The position numbers and the translations under genes were made by a program. From the NCBI GenBank assembly GCA_963705305.1, contig OY970067.1, positions 704,001 through 768,000 on the forward strand: 64,000 nucleotides of DNA. Reading direction: 5' to 3'. Position 1 is the stretch's first letter, and each line of letters starts with the position of its first letter. Of this stretch, positions 1 through 9,199 are shown one piece after another. The DNA is from an uncultured Methylomirabilota bacterium (GTDB taxonomy: Bacteria > Methylomirabilota > Methylomirabilia > Methylomirabilales > 2-02-FULL-66-22). Below the pieces are notes generated by a model, which did not search any database, was not told the origin of the DNA, and saw only the letters and a list, made by a program, of their open reading frames with translations.

Positions 1-2
1 CG

Positions 3-512
3 GGGATCCTCACCGTGGGCGAGGCGAAGATGGGAATCATTCCCGGGAACCTCTTTCCGAAGATCGGTGGGCGCGCCGGCGTCATCTCCCGCAGCGGCAC
101 CCTGGCGTATGAGGTCGGCGGGATTCTGGCCAAGGCCGGCGCAGCGCCGAGTACCGTGGTGGGGATGGGGGCGGACCCCGTCGTCCTCACCGACCTGTCC
201 GCGCTGCTCCGCCTGTACGGCGAGGACCCGGCCACCGACTTCGTCACCATCGTGGGGGAGGTGGGGGGTATCCAGGAAGAGCTGGCCGCCGAGTACATCG
301 CCACGAAGTTTGCGAAGCCCGTTATCGCTTACATCGCTGGCCGCAACACGCCGGAGGGAAAACGCATGGGCCATGCCGGGGCCATCGTCCAGCGCGGCAT
401 GGGGAGCGTGGCCAGCAAGGTGCGGGCGTTGGAGAAGGCCGGGGCACACATCGCCCGGACCCCCGCCGAGATCGGCGAAATCGCCAGGCAGCTCCAGGGG
501 CACTCCACGTAG
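3..512 (+). CDS. sucD: Succinyl-CoA synthetase alpha-subunit-like CoA ligase, 5'-truncated by window edge
   Basis: SRSGTL, GEVGG and the phospho-His motif RMGHAGA; frame is open to the window start. Confidence 0.8.
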   Translation, partial: GILTVGEAKMGIIPGNLFPKIGGRAGVISRSGTLAYEVGGILAKAGAAPSTVVGMGADPVVLTDLSALLRLYGEDPATDFVTIVGEVGGIQEELAAEYIATKFAKPVIAYIAGRNTPEGKRMGHAGAIVQRGMGSVASKVRALEKAGAHIARTPAEIGEIARQLQGHST

Positions 513-539
513 GCCGCACCTCTCGGAGGAGACCCGACC

Positions 540-851
540 ATGTCCGTCGCGGTGCTGATGGTGAAGATGAAGATTCCGAAGGAGATCGAGGCGAAGTTCA
601 ACGCCTTCTACGAGCAGGTTCATATCCCGGACGTCCTGGCCTTCCCGGGGGCGGTCAGCTTCCGGCGCTACCGGGCCGTCATGGGCGACGACGGCTTTCA
701 GCTGCTTTCCGTCGTCGAGTTCAAAGACGAGGCCGCTCTGCGGCGGTTCTTCGAGTCGGACTACCGGAAGCAGATCGCCGAGAAGCTCGACGCGGAGTTT
801 GGCGGTCTCATCGAGCGCCAGCGGCTCACCTACGAGCAGACCTGGCCCTGA
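540..851 (+). CDS. EthD/DUF4286-like dimeric alpha-beta barrel protein
   Basis: FNAFYEQVHIPDVLAFPG..RRY pattern; GGAGGAG RBS upstream. Confidence 0.65.
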   Translation: MSVAVLMVKMKIPKEIEAKFNAFYEQVHIPDVLAFPGAVSFRRYRAVMGDDGFQLLSVVEFKDEAALRRFFESDYRKQIAEKLDAEFGGLIERQRLTYEQTWP

Positions 852-929
852 GTCCCGTCGCCGTCAAGCCGGCACCACGAGGGCGAGCGGCCCGGAATCT
901 GCGCATCCGGAATTCTGGGGGTTGCGCGG

Positions 930-1235
930 ATGGATTCCCTCTCGACGCTCCTATGGCAGCTGCTCAAGCCGCACAGCCACATCGTCGCCGGCCTCTACCT
1001 TGCTCTCCTGATCGTGGGGACGCTGGGGCTCTTGGGGTATGCGCTCCTGGAGGTCACGTCGAGACTGACCGCCTGGTGGGAGAGGCGCTGGGGTCCGGCG
1101 TTCCTGGCCGCCCGGCCCGAGGTGGCCATTTTCGTGCTGACCCTGGCCGCGCTGTGCACCCTGGCGCTGCTCTTCATCCTCGCCTGTGACGGGCTTGTCC
1201 CGGACGAGTGGAGCGCCTTGATGGCCCAAAGCTAA
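930..1235 (+). CDS. Small hypothetical membrane protein
   Basis: Two hydrophobic segments; fills the gap and converges on the livF-like gene. Confidence 0.45.
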   Translation: MDSLSTLLWQLLKPHSHIVAGLYLALLIVGTLGLLGYALLEVTSRLTAWWERRWGPAFLAARPEVAIFVLTLAALCTLALLFILACDGLVPDEWSALMAQS

Positions 1236-2014
1236 TGTAGCGCGTTCGACGCTCCCGTTCCGACCGTTCCCCCGCCGATGCCGAGATAAACTTTCTGGAC
1301 TTGTGGGTTGTTCTCGAGCTGGGAGGCCGGACCCTCCAACACCGTGCGCCCGGTCTGCAGCAGATACGCGTAGTCTGCAAACTCCAGTGCCAATCGCACC
1401 GATTGCTCGGCCAGAAGGAGGGTCAATCCCTCCCGATGGAGGCGCTCCAGGGTATCGTACAGCGTCTCCACAATCATGGGGGCAAGCCCGAGACTTGGCT
1501 CGTCCAGCAGCAGCAGCTTCGGCTCGCTCATCAGCGCCCGGCCCAGCGCCAGCATCTGGCGCTCCCCTCCGCTCAACGTCCCTGCCCGCTGTTTTCGGCG
1601 CTCCGCCAGGACCGGAAACAGCGTATACGCCCTGTCCAGCAGGAGCGGGATGCGCCCTCGATCGGAAAGGGCTGTGGCGCCCAGTCGGAGGTTCTGCTCC
1701 ACGGTCTGGCCGACGAAAAGACGCCACCCCTCGGGCGAGAGGGCGAGACCCTTCGAGACAATGGCATACGCGTCCAGGTGCTCGGTCCGCTCGCCGTTCC
1801 ACTCGATCGTGCCCGAGGTGGCGCGCACCAGTCCGACGATGGCGTTGAGCGTCGTGGTCTTCCCGGCCCCGTTGGAGCCGAGCAAGGCGACCACGCTGCC
1901 GGGGGGAACCTGCAGGGACACGTCGGCAACCCCCACGAGATCCCCGTAGCGCACCTGCAGATGCTGAACGCTCAGTGCCCCCGCGCGCCCGCCACCGCTT
2001 CCCATGTCACGCAC
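1232..2014 (-). CDS. livF: Branched-chain amino acid-type ABC transporter ATPase (LivF-like)
   Basis: Walker A GSNGAGKT, LSGGE, LLLDEPSLGLAP. Confidence 0.9.
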   Translation of the reverse strand: MRDMGSGGGRAGALSVQHLQVRYGDLVGVADVSLQVPPGSVVALLGSNGAGKTTTLNAIVGLVRATSGTIEWNGERTEHLDAYAIVSKGLALSPEGWRLFVGQTVEQNLRLGATALSDRGRIPLLLDRAYTLFPVLAERRKQRAGTLSGGERQMLALGRALMSEPKLLLLDEPSLGLAPMIVETLYDTLERLHREGLTLLLAEQSVRLALEFADYAYLLQTGRTVLEGPASQLENNPQVQKVYLGIGGGTVGTGASNALH

Positions 2015-2780
2015 CGCGCCCGCCCGCCCCGTCCGGGGTCGCCGCTCGGCGGGATCTTCTCCCGGCCCCCAGGTACGCCTCCACGACCTTCGGGTCGTCC
2101 ACGATATCTTCCGGGCTGCCCGCGGCGATGATCTCCCCGTGGTTGAACACGATGACCCGCCGGGCCAGGGTCAGGACCACTTCCATGATGTGCTCCACGA
2201 TCACCAGCGTGACACCCTGCTGGTGGATCTGCCGGACCAGCGCGATCGCCTGCTGGATCTCGAGCGGCGTGAGGCCGGAAAGAGCCTCGTCCAGCAAGAG
2301 CAGGCGCGGCTCCATCGCCAGCGCCCGGGCGATTTCCAGCCGTTTGCGGCCCGGCGTCCCCAGGCTCTTGGCCCGATGATCCGCCTGCCCTCCGAGGCCG
2401 GTGAACTCCAGGATCCGCCTGGCCTCCTCGCGCGCCGCCGCCGGACGCGCGTGGCGCAGAAAAGACCCCACCATGACGTTGTCGAGGATGGTCATGTCCT
2501 CGAAGGTCGCCGGAACCTGGTAGGTGCGTCCGATCCCCAACCGGGCGTGCTGCTCGGGGGTGGCCCGGGTGACATCCTCCCCCTCGAAGATCACGGATCC
2601 GCCGGTGGGCGTCAGCTCTCCGCTGAGGCAGTTGAAGAAGGTGGACTTCCCGGCCCCATTGGGGCCGATGATCCCCACGATCTCCCCGCGGCTGATCTCC
2701 AGATCGGCGCCTGCGACAGCCAGGAAGCCCTGAAACGCCTTTGAGACCTTTTGCGCCTTCAGCAAGAGGGCCGAATCCAC
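2007..2780 (-). CDS. livG: ABC transporter ATPase (LivG-like)
   Basis: GPNGAGKS, GRTYQ, LLLDE, VVEAYLG tail. Confidence 0.9.
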   Translation of the reverse strand: MDSALLLKAQKVSKAFQGFLAVAGADLEISRGEIVGIIGPNGAGKSTFFNCLSGELTPTGGSVIFEGEDVTRATPEQHARLGIGRTYQVPATFEDMTILDNVMVGSFLRHARPAAAREEARRILEFTGLGGQADHRAKSLGTPGRKRLEIARALAMEPRLLLLDEALSGLTPLEIQQAIALVRQIHQQGVTLVIVEHIMEVVLTLARRVIVFNHGEIIAAGSPEDIVDDPKVVEAYLGAGRRSRRAATPDGAGGRGA

Positions 2781-3736
2781 TCGGCGCGCCCCTTCCGGCC
2801 CTTCCAGGCCGCGTAGCGGTCCCAGATCTCCATCAATCCGCCCGGTTCGAATCGGGACAGCAGGATGATGATCCCCCCGTATATGATGAATGTCAGCCCC
2901 GTGCCCTCCCCCCCGAACATGCTGTTGGCGAATGTCTGCAGGGGAATGAGAATCGCGGCTCCGACCAGCGGCCCGACGAGGGTGCCCGCGCCCCCCAGGG
3001 CGGCCATGATCACCATCTGCACAGACACCATGATGCCAAACACGCTGTCCGGATCGACAAACCCCAGCATGACGGCATACAAAGAGCCGGCCAGCGAGGT
3101 GAACGCCGCGCTCGCGATCATCGCATACAACTTATACTGCGGCGCGGGCACGCCAAGGCTGCGGGCGGCGCGTTCTCCGGATTTGACCGCCCGCAGGTAG
3201 TATCCCATCCGGCCTTGCTCCATCCAGCAGGTAAAGCCCAATACCGACGCCAGCACGACCAGGAAAATGTAGTAGTAGGGGATCGAGCTTCGGTAGGAGA
3301 GATCCCAGATCGTCCGTCCGATGGCCGGGCCGCCCAGCCCTCTGGCCGCCCCGACGAATTCCCAGTTGGTGACCAGGAGGCGGATCAGCTCGGCGACGGC
3401 GATCGTGGCCATGGAAAAGTAATGGCCGCGCAATCGAAAGGTGGGGATGCCGACGAGGACGGCGATGCCGACGCTCACGGCAATGCCCACCGGGATGCCC
3501 AGCACGGGTGCGCCCTGCCAGTGCGTGTAGACGAGCAGGGGAAGGTACGCTCCCACCCCAAAAAAGATGGCGTGCCCGAAGGAGACCTGGCCTGCATACC
3601 CGCCGACGATGTTCCATGCCGACGCGAGGACCGCCCACAGCAGCGCCAGGGCGATCATGCGCTCGTAAAACGGATCCTGAAACGTCCAGGGAACAACGAG
3701 AAGCAGGCTTCCGAGGACGACCCATGCCCACCGCAT
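2759..3736 (-). CDS. livM: ABC transporter permease (LivM-like)
   Basis: WNIVGGYAGQVSFGH, RLRGHYFSMAT, LGGAGTLVGP. Confidence 0.9.
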   Translation of the reverse strand: MRWAWVVLGSLLLVVPWTFQDPFYERMIALALLWAVLASAWNIVGGYAGQVSFGHAIFFGVGAYLPLLVYTHWQGAPVLGIPVGIAVSVGIAVLVGIPTFRLRGHYFSMATIAVAELIRLLVTNWEFVGAARGLGGPAIGRTIWDLSYRSSIPYYYIFLVVLASVLGFTCWMEQGRMGYYLRAVKSGERAARSLGVPAPQYKLYAMIASAAFTSLAGSLYAVMLGFVDPDSVFGIMVSVQMVIMAALGGAGTLVGPLVGAAILIPLQTFANSMFGGEGTGLTFIIYGGIIILLSRFEPGGLMEIWDRYAAWKGRKGRAEWIRPSC

Positions 3737-4593
3737 CAGGCTGTCCCCATGAGACCCTGCGGCCGGACCCAGAGGACGGCCACGAACAGCGCGTAGACGA
3801 CCACGTCCTTATACACCGAGCCGATATAATAGGCCGATCCTGCCTCGATCAGCCCGATGATGAGACCGGCCAGCATCGCCCCCGGCACGCTGCCGAATCC
3901 TCCGAAGCAGACGACGACGAACGCAATCAAGACCAGGGACTCTCCCACCGTGGGGGTCAGATAGTAGAAGGTCGCAATCAGGGCGCCGGCGATGCCGGCG
4001 CTGGCGGAGGCCAAGCCCCACGCCAGCGCCTGCATGCGGTCCGGACGAATGCCCATCAGCATGGCGGCCTGGCGGTCTTCGGACACCGCCAGAATCTGGC
4101 TGCCGAGCGTTGTGTGGGTCAGCAGCAGGTGCATGCCCGCGGTGAGGGCCATGGCGAGTATCCCGGCGACCAGTTGCGCGAAGCCGATCAGCACCCCCCC
4201 TAGGTTCACGCTGCCGCCCAGCACCGTGCCGGGAAGGGTGACAAACGTGGCGGAGAAAAACCAGAAGATGGTGTACCGCATCAGGAGCGCCAGCCCAAAG
4301 GTCGAGATGATCTGGGCGAGCATCGGCCCGCGCATGACCTCCCGGATCAGCAAGTAGTACACGACAGCCCCGAGCAGAAACATCAGCGCGGCCGTCAACA
4401 GGGTGAACAGCAGAGGGCCGGCGTGCAGCGCCACCACCGCCAGGTATGCGGCGTACATCCCCAGCATCACAAAATCGCCGTGGGCGAAGTTCACGACGTT
4501 CATCATGCCCCAGACCAACGTCAGGCCCGAGGAGAACAGGGCGTAGACGGCCCCCAACAGGAGGCCGCTCACGGCCACTTGGAGGAACACCAC
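3736..4593 (-). CDS. livH: ABC transporter permease (LivH-like)
   Basis: GLTLVWGMMNVVNFAHG, GGFGSVPG, RPQGL. Confidence 0.9.
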   Translation of the reverse strand: MVFLQVAVSGLLLGAVYALFSSGLTLVWGMMNVVNFAHGDFVMLGMYAAYLAVVALHAGPLLFTLLTAALMFLLGAVVYYLLIREVMRGPMLAQIISTFGLALLMRYTIFWFFSATFVTLPGTVLGGSVNLGGVLIGFAQLVAGILAMALTAGMHLLLTHTTLGSQILAVSEDRQAAMLMGIRPDRMQALAWGLASASAGIAGALIATFYYLTPTVGESLVLIAFVVVCFGGFGSVPGAMLAGLIIGLIEAGSAYYIGSVYKDVVVYALFVAVLWVRPQGLMGTA

Positions 4594-4599
4594 CGGAGA

Positions 4600-5850
4600 T
4601 TACCTCCACCCCTTGAAGGGCCAGATCAGGGAGCCATGCGCCACCGAGGCGGGCCAGATGGTGACGTACTCTTTCCCCTGCAGCTGGTTGACATACGTGG
4701 ATGCCAGTGTGTTCATCCCCGTGGCATCATAACGGATGCCCCGGTACCCCATCATGAGCTGATTGGGGGTGAGGTTGGTCTCCATCAGCGCTTTGCGAAT
4801 GGCTTCCGGCTGGGTGGACCCGGCGCGATTGATGGCCTCCATCAAGGCGAAGAATCCCTGCATGTTGCGCCCGCTGGTGTCATCCAGATCCACGCCGGTC
4901 TTGGCCTTGTACAGTTCATTGATCTTGTAGGTTGCACTGCCGGGTTTGCCGATATCCCACGCACTGCGGTTGACCACCCCTTGCGCGATATCCCCCACGT
5001 CCTTGATGTACGACGGATCGGAGAAGCCCGTGTCGTCCCCGATCACCATGCGCGGCGAATAGTTAAGCGTCTTCATGGTCTTGGTGAACAGCAGCGCGTC
5101 CGAGGTGTAGCTGACGAAGATCGCCACATCGGGGTCCTTCTGTTTGAGCTGCAACACCTCGGCCGACACATCGATGCTGTTGGCGCTGTACGCAATCTGC
5201 GCGGCGAGGGTGAACCCGCCCTTCACCAGGACATCTCGGATCTCCCCGCCGACCGACGTCCCGTATTCGGTGTTCTCGTTGACCACCGCGAAGGTCTTGA
5301 CTTTGGTGCCGGCCTTCTGCAGGTCCGTCAGGAACCCGAGGTAGGCCGCGGCGTAATCCGATCCGATCGGCGTGCTCCGGAAAATCCACTTGAACCCGCG
5401 GGCGTTGATGAGCAGCGAGGAGGAGTCGCCCACCGTCCAGGGGATGCCGTATCGCTCGGCAATGGCCGTGCACGGAATGGTGACGGACGAATGGTAGGCG
5501 CCCTGCAGGGCGACCACCTTCTCCTGGGTGATCAGCCGCAGGGTTTCGCTCTGCCCGACGGACGGATTGCCCTGGCTGTCCGCGAAGACCACCTGCACCT
5601 TCGCCCCGCCGAGATTCGGCAATCCGACCGTGCTCCCCAGTGGAAGCCGTGCCATCTCTGGATAGCCGTGGTTGATGATGTCGGCGGCGACCTCGATCGC
5701 CGCCTTGGTGGCCTGACCGGCCGCCGCCGCGTTGCCGCTCAGAGGCTCGACCACGCCGATCTTCACGACCGGCGCCGCGGCCTCTCCGTGCGCCGGCCAC
5801 CCCAGCATGACCAGCAGGACCCCCGCCACGAGTGCCAGTGCTTTCCGCAT
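4600..5850 (-). CDS. Liv-family ABC substrate-binding protein
   Basis: Signal peptide followed by KIGVVEPLSG; adjacent to livHMGF. Confidence 0.88.
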   Translation of the reverse strand: MRKALALVAGVLLVMLGWPAHGEAAAPVVKIGVVEPLSGNAAAAGQATKAAIEVAADIINHGYPEMARLPLGSTVGLPNLGGAKVQVVFADSQGNPSVGQSETLRLITQEKVVALQGAYHSSVTIPCTAIAERYGIPWTVGDSSSLLINARGFKWIFRSTPIGSDYAAAYLGFLTDLQKAGTKVKTFAVVNENTEYGTSVGGEIRDVLVKGGFTLAAQIAYSANSIDVSAEVLQLKQKDPDVAIFVSYTSDALLFTKTMKTLNYSPRMVIGDDTGFSDPSYIKDVGDIAQGVVNRSAWDIGKPGSATYKINELYKAKTGVDLDDTSGRNMQGFFALMEAINRAGSTQPEAIRKALMETNLTPNQLMMGYRGIRYDATGMNTLASTYVNQLQGKEYVTIWPASVAHGSLIWPFKGWR

Positions 5851-5892
5851 GTGACGCCCTCCTTTGGCAATTCCCCTGCGCCCCCGGATCCC

Positions 5893-6087
5893 TCAGCGGG
5901 GATCCCGGTCGGCGAACAGGATGCCGCCCCGCCCCCAGCTGGCGCGCGGGACATCCTCGAAGATCACGTGGACACCGTCCAGGGGGGTCTTGGCGATCTG
6001 GGACACCGCCTCGCTGACGACCTTCGTCAGCTCCCGCTTCTGCTCGAGCGTCCGTCCTTCCAACAGGCGAATCGTAATTACCGGCAT
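5893..6087 (-). CDS. 4-oxalocrotonate tautomerase family protein
   Basis: N-terminal catalytic Pro (M-P-VITI), GRTLEQKREL, WGRGG; 64 aa; GGAGG RBS. Confidence 0.9.
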   Translation of the reverse strand: MPVITIRLLEGRTLEQKRELTKVVSEAVSQIAKTPLDGVHVIFEDVPRASWGRGGILFADRDPR

Positions 6088-6109
6088 GGCAGCATCTCAC
6101 CTCCTCCCG

Positions 6110-6862
6110 TCATCCCGCCTTCAAGCTGAATCCTCCATCCACCAGGATCATCTGCCCGGTGATGAAGTTGGCATCGTCGGACGCCAGGAACAGGATGGCC
6201 TTGGCGATGTCCTCGGGCTGCGCCATCCGCTTCAGATAGGAGCCCTCGATCATCCCCTTCTTGACGGCATCGGGCAGAGGGGCGGTCAGGTCCGTCAAGG
6301 TGTGGCCCGGCGCCACGGTGTTCACGGTGATGTGCGGCGCCAGCTCCTTGGCCATGGTCTTGGTGAGGCTGATCACACCGCTCTTGGCGGCGCTGTAGTC
6401 CATGACCCCCTCGCGGCCGCAGTGGGGAACACCCCGGATCGAGGAGATGTTGACGATCTTTCCCGATTTTTGGGACAGCATGTGCCGGGCCGCCGCTTGG
6501 GCGCAGAGAAATACCCCGACGAGGTTGACCTCCAGCGTCTTGATCCAATCTTCCGCGGTCTTCTCCATGAAGGGCCTGGGGATGGTCATCCCTGCGTTGT
6601 TCACCAGGATATCGATCCGGCCGAACTCCTTGACAAACCCATCCACCGCGCTCCGGACCTGATCCGTCTTGGATACATCTGCCGCGAAGGTCCTGAGCGT
6701 GTATCCCTTGGCCTTGGCGATTTCGCTCGCTTTGGTCAGATGATCCTGGTTCAGATCGATGACCCCCACCTGTCCGCCCTCGGCCAGCATCAGCAGGGCG
6801 GTGGTGGCGCCAATTCCCCGCCCTCCCCCGGTGATCAAGGCCGTTTTTCCTTGGAATCTCAT
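6110..6862 (-). CDS. Short-chain dehydrogenase/reductase (FabG-like)
   Basis: TGGGRGIG, NNAG, YSAAK, VDGG. Confidence 0.92.
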   Translation of the reverse strand: MRFQGKTALITGGGRGIGATTALLMLAEGGQVGVIDLNQDHLTKASEIAKAKGYTLRTFAADVSKTDQVRSAVDGFVKEFGRIDILVNNAGMTIPRPFMEKTAEDWIKTLEVNLVGVFLCAQAAARHMLSQKSGKIVNISSIRGVPHCGREGVMDYSAAKSGVISLTKTMAKELAPHITVNTVAPGHTLTDLTAPLPDAVKKGMIEGSYLKRMAQPEDIAKAILFLASDDANFITGQMILVDGGFSLKAG

Positions 6863-6990
6863 CCGTTCACCTTCCTTCCCTGTCGAAGACGTTGCGCAGG
6901 CAGGTTAGGCCGTCCGGCTGACGGCCGTCGCCCGCTCTCTCCTCAGGCGCCGCCCCGGGACACGATTCAGACACCTGGAGCGGCCTGGCC

Positions 6991-7791
6991 TCACCCCCCT
7001 CCCCCGAGAATCTCACCCACAAACCCGAGCCGGGCAGAGATTTCCCGCGCCCCGGCTTGCACGCGCTCGGCGAGGCGCGAGAGGATCCGCACGGGCAGCC
7101 GCTGCCGGGGGCCCGAGATGCTCAGCGCAGCCACCACCACACCTCGGTGGTCGCAGATGGGGGCCGCCACGCAGCGGAGGCCAAGGCTACACTCTTCATC
7201 ATCAATGGAGAAGCCCAGCTGGCGGATCTGGGCAAGCATGCGCTGGAGCGCTCGGAACCCTCCAACTGTTCGAGGGGTGAGGCGCTTGAGCCGCTGCCCC
7301 TGCAGCCGCCGCATCAGCTCGTCCGGCGGCAGGGCGGCAAGCAGGACTTTCCCCAGCCCCGTAGCATGGGCCGGCACCCCACCTTCTACGTCCAGCCGCA
7401 GGCGCACGAGACCCGGGCTCTCTACCTTGTGCAGGTTGACCACCCGCGTCCCATCCAGGACACCCAGATTCACGGTTTCTCCCGTCTCGGCGGCGAGAGC
7501 CTCCATGACGGCGTGGGCGGCCTCTCTGAGTCCATACCGATCGGCCCCGCGACTGCCGAGAGCAAACAGGCGGTAGGTGAGCTGATACTGGTCACTCCGG
7601 GGATCTTTCTCGACGTAGCCCCGGCGGACCAGTGTCGCCAGCAGCCGATACACGGAGCTCTTGCCCAGACCCACCTTCTTGGACAGTTCGGTCAAGCTCA
7701 TCGACTGAACCGCCCCCAGGGTCTCCAGAATGGAGAGGGCCCCCTCGACGGCGGGCGCGGCGTAACGGGTGGGTCGGTTCAGGCTTGGCAT
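6991..7791 (-). CDS. IclR family transcriptional regulator
   Basis: HTH KSSVYRLLATL; HATGLGKVLL; DDEE..GLRCVAAP. Confidence 0.92.
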   Translation of the reverse strand: MPSLNRPTRYAAPAVEGALSILETLGAVQSMSLTELSKKVGLGKSSVYRLLATLVRRGYVEKDPRSDQYQLTYRLFALGSRGADRYGLREAAHAVMEALAAETGETVNLGVLDGTRVVNLHKVESPGLVRLRLDVEGGVPAHATGLGKVLLAALPPDELMRRLQGQRLKRLTPRTVGGFRALQRMLAQIRQLGFSIDDEECSLGLRCVAAPICDHRGVVVAALSISGPRQRLPVRILSRLAERVQAGAREISARLGFVGEILGGGG

Positions 7792-7873
7792 GGCGAGTCC
7801 TTGTCAACCTGTTCCTCAGACAAGGCGGAGCTTGAACCCGGAAAGGCCTTCTGAGATCAGCCGGAGAGATCAA

Positions 7874-7916
7874 GTTCAGCATATGGAACATAGTTTAATC
7901 AGCAAAACAATGTCAA
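7874..7916 (-). promoter_or_regulatory. Sigma70-type promoter overlapped by two 16-bp IclR-like operator boxes
   Basis: TTGACA (7916-7911), 18 nt, TATGTT (7892-7887); boxes GTTCAGCATATGGAAC (7874-7889) and GTTTAATCAGCAAAAC (7893-7908). Confidence 0.55.
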
Positions 7917-8134
7917 GCCCCTTTTTTCGCGGCCACCGCTCCCCGCCAATTGTCTTGGCAGCATTTTCGGAGGGCGGGAATGCGCGGAAGGAGTCGGCGG
8001 CGTCAGCTTGAGGGAGAAGAGGCTCGACCCGTGCGACCAGCTCCTGCCGTTCGCGTTCATAGACCTTCAAGCGCGTGTTGACTTTGCCGCCGGTTGGAAG
8101 TATACGATTCCTAATGCGGCACCTTTACGAGGCT

Positions 8135-8362
8135 ATCCAGGATCGGGTGGGCGGCTGGCGGGCGATGGTGGATTCGGTGATGATTGATACCGCCTACGAT
8201 GGCCAGGTGCTCAACGTCGCCCTCACCGACATCCCCGAGCGCAAGGCCGACCTTGTTGCCGGCCGGTACGAACTCCCCGCTCCAGCCGGTCCGACGACCA
8301 TCGCCGTCAAGATTACCGATATGCTGGGTGAGGAGGTCCTTGTGACGCGGGAAGTGGCCTAG
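8135..8362 (+). pseudogene. C-terminal remnant of a site-specific DNA methyltransferase (type III Mod-like)
   Basis: WRAMVDSVMIDTAYDG...TTIAVKITDMLGEEVL resembles the Mod-type C-terminal tail; no catalytic DPPY or SAM motifs upstream. Confidence 0.6.
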
Positions 8363-8408
8363 CCCCGGCTGGACGGGACCGGCGGCGGGTGAGGTGTACG
8401 ACTTTCGG

Positions 8409-8834
8409 CTACAGGCGGATGATGCGGAACCCCTCTCGGCTGGCGGCCTCAACGAGGCGGTCGTCGAGGCTGACGAAATCGAGGCTGGCGGGTTCGTATT
8501 CGGCGGCCACCAGGGCCGCGGCGAGCTGGAGGCTGTCGCTGGCGCGGAGCGGATGGACCCGGAGCATGCGCTGCGCGGCGGTCCGGACGGCGTCGGTGGC
8601 CAGCACTTCGTGCCATGCCCCGCCGACGGCCCGCAATCGTTCCAGGGCCTGACCGACCTCGGCCACGCCGAGGGCGGAGTCGCGCTCCCGCCGGGCGATG
8701 GCCGAGGCGCATTCGACGGGAGTGCCCCACCAGACGATCATCCCGGCGTCCCGTCGAAGCAGATCCAAGAGAGCATCCCGCGGCGACTCGTCAACCAGCA
8801 GAGGAACGATGGCGGAGCTGTCCCAGAAGATCAC
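8409..8834 (-). CDS. vapC: PIN-domain toxin VapC
   Basis: FWDSSAIVPL, LRASDSLQLAAA, FVSLDDRL acidic PIN motifs; GTGA overlap with antitoxin. Confidence 0.9.
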   Translation of the reverse strand: MIFWDSSAIVPLLVDESPRDALLDLLRRDAGMIVWWGTPVECASAIARRERDSALGVAEVGQALERLRAVGGAWHEVLATDAVRTAAQRMLRVHPLRASDSLQLAAALVAAEYEPASLDFVSLDDRLVEAASREGFRIIRL

Positions 8835-9118
8835 CGGCTCTCCCGCCGCTCTTCGAGGAGCGCCTCCACGACACTCCGCCTAGGTTTCGGCACCGGCCCC
8901 CGGAGCGTCGTGGGCGATACCGGCCCCGTCGCCCGCCGCAGAAGTCCCGCGCGCTCCAGGCGGGCAAGGCGACCCTCCGGATGGGCCGCGGCCTCCACGC
9001 GGTCGAGCCGGGCCACCGGCTGATCCCGATCCAGGATCAGGATGGGTTGGCCGGCTTTGACCTTTTTCAGGTACGCGCTCAGGCGGCTCTTGATCTCCGA
9101 AATAGTGGCCTTTTCCAT
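8831..9118 (-). CDS. Phd/YefM family antitoxin
   Basis: ATISEIKSRLSAYLKKVKAG..ILILDRDQPVARL; directly upstream of the PIN toxin. Confidence 0.9.
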   Translation of the reverse strand: MEKATISEIKSRLSAYLKKVKAGQPILILDRDQPVARLDRVEAAAHPEGRLARLERAGLLRRATGPVSPTTLRGPVPKPRRSVVEALLEERRESR

Positions 9119-9153
9119 GTGACCAATATAGTCATTTCTCAGAGACCAGTCAA
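9118..9153 (-). promoter_or_regulatory. vapBC promoter/operator, probably leaderless
   Basis: TTGACT (9153-9148), 17 nt, TATATT (9130-9125), 6 nt, ATG; inverted repeat TGAC-N7-GTCA at 9120-9134. Confidence 0.6.
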
Positions 9154-9199
9154 TAACTTCTGTGGCCTCGTCCGACTGTCTTTCGGGTCGGTCCTACGG

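Noticed and set aside
4423..7576. Long antisense ORFs (4423-6129, 5864-7576; likewise 9866-11860, 19395-21578, 29993-31789, 51885-53963, 55176-57242)
   Set aside because: Shadow frames of well-supported genes in high-GC DNA, with no recognisable motifs
7876..8070. Short ORF with a coiled-coil-like ERERQELVARVE segment
   Set aside because: Too short, no RBS, and it runs over the iclR promoter; any ZapB-like resemblance is unsupported
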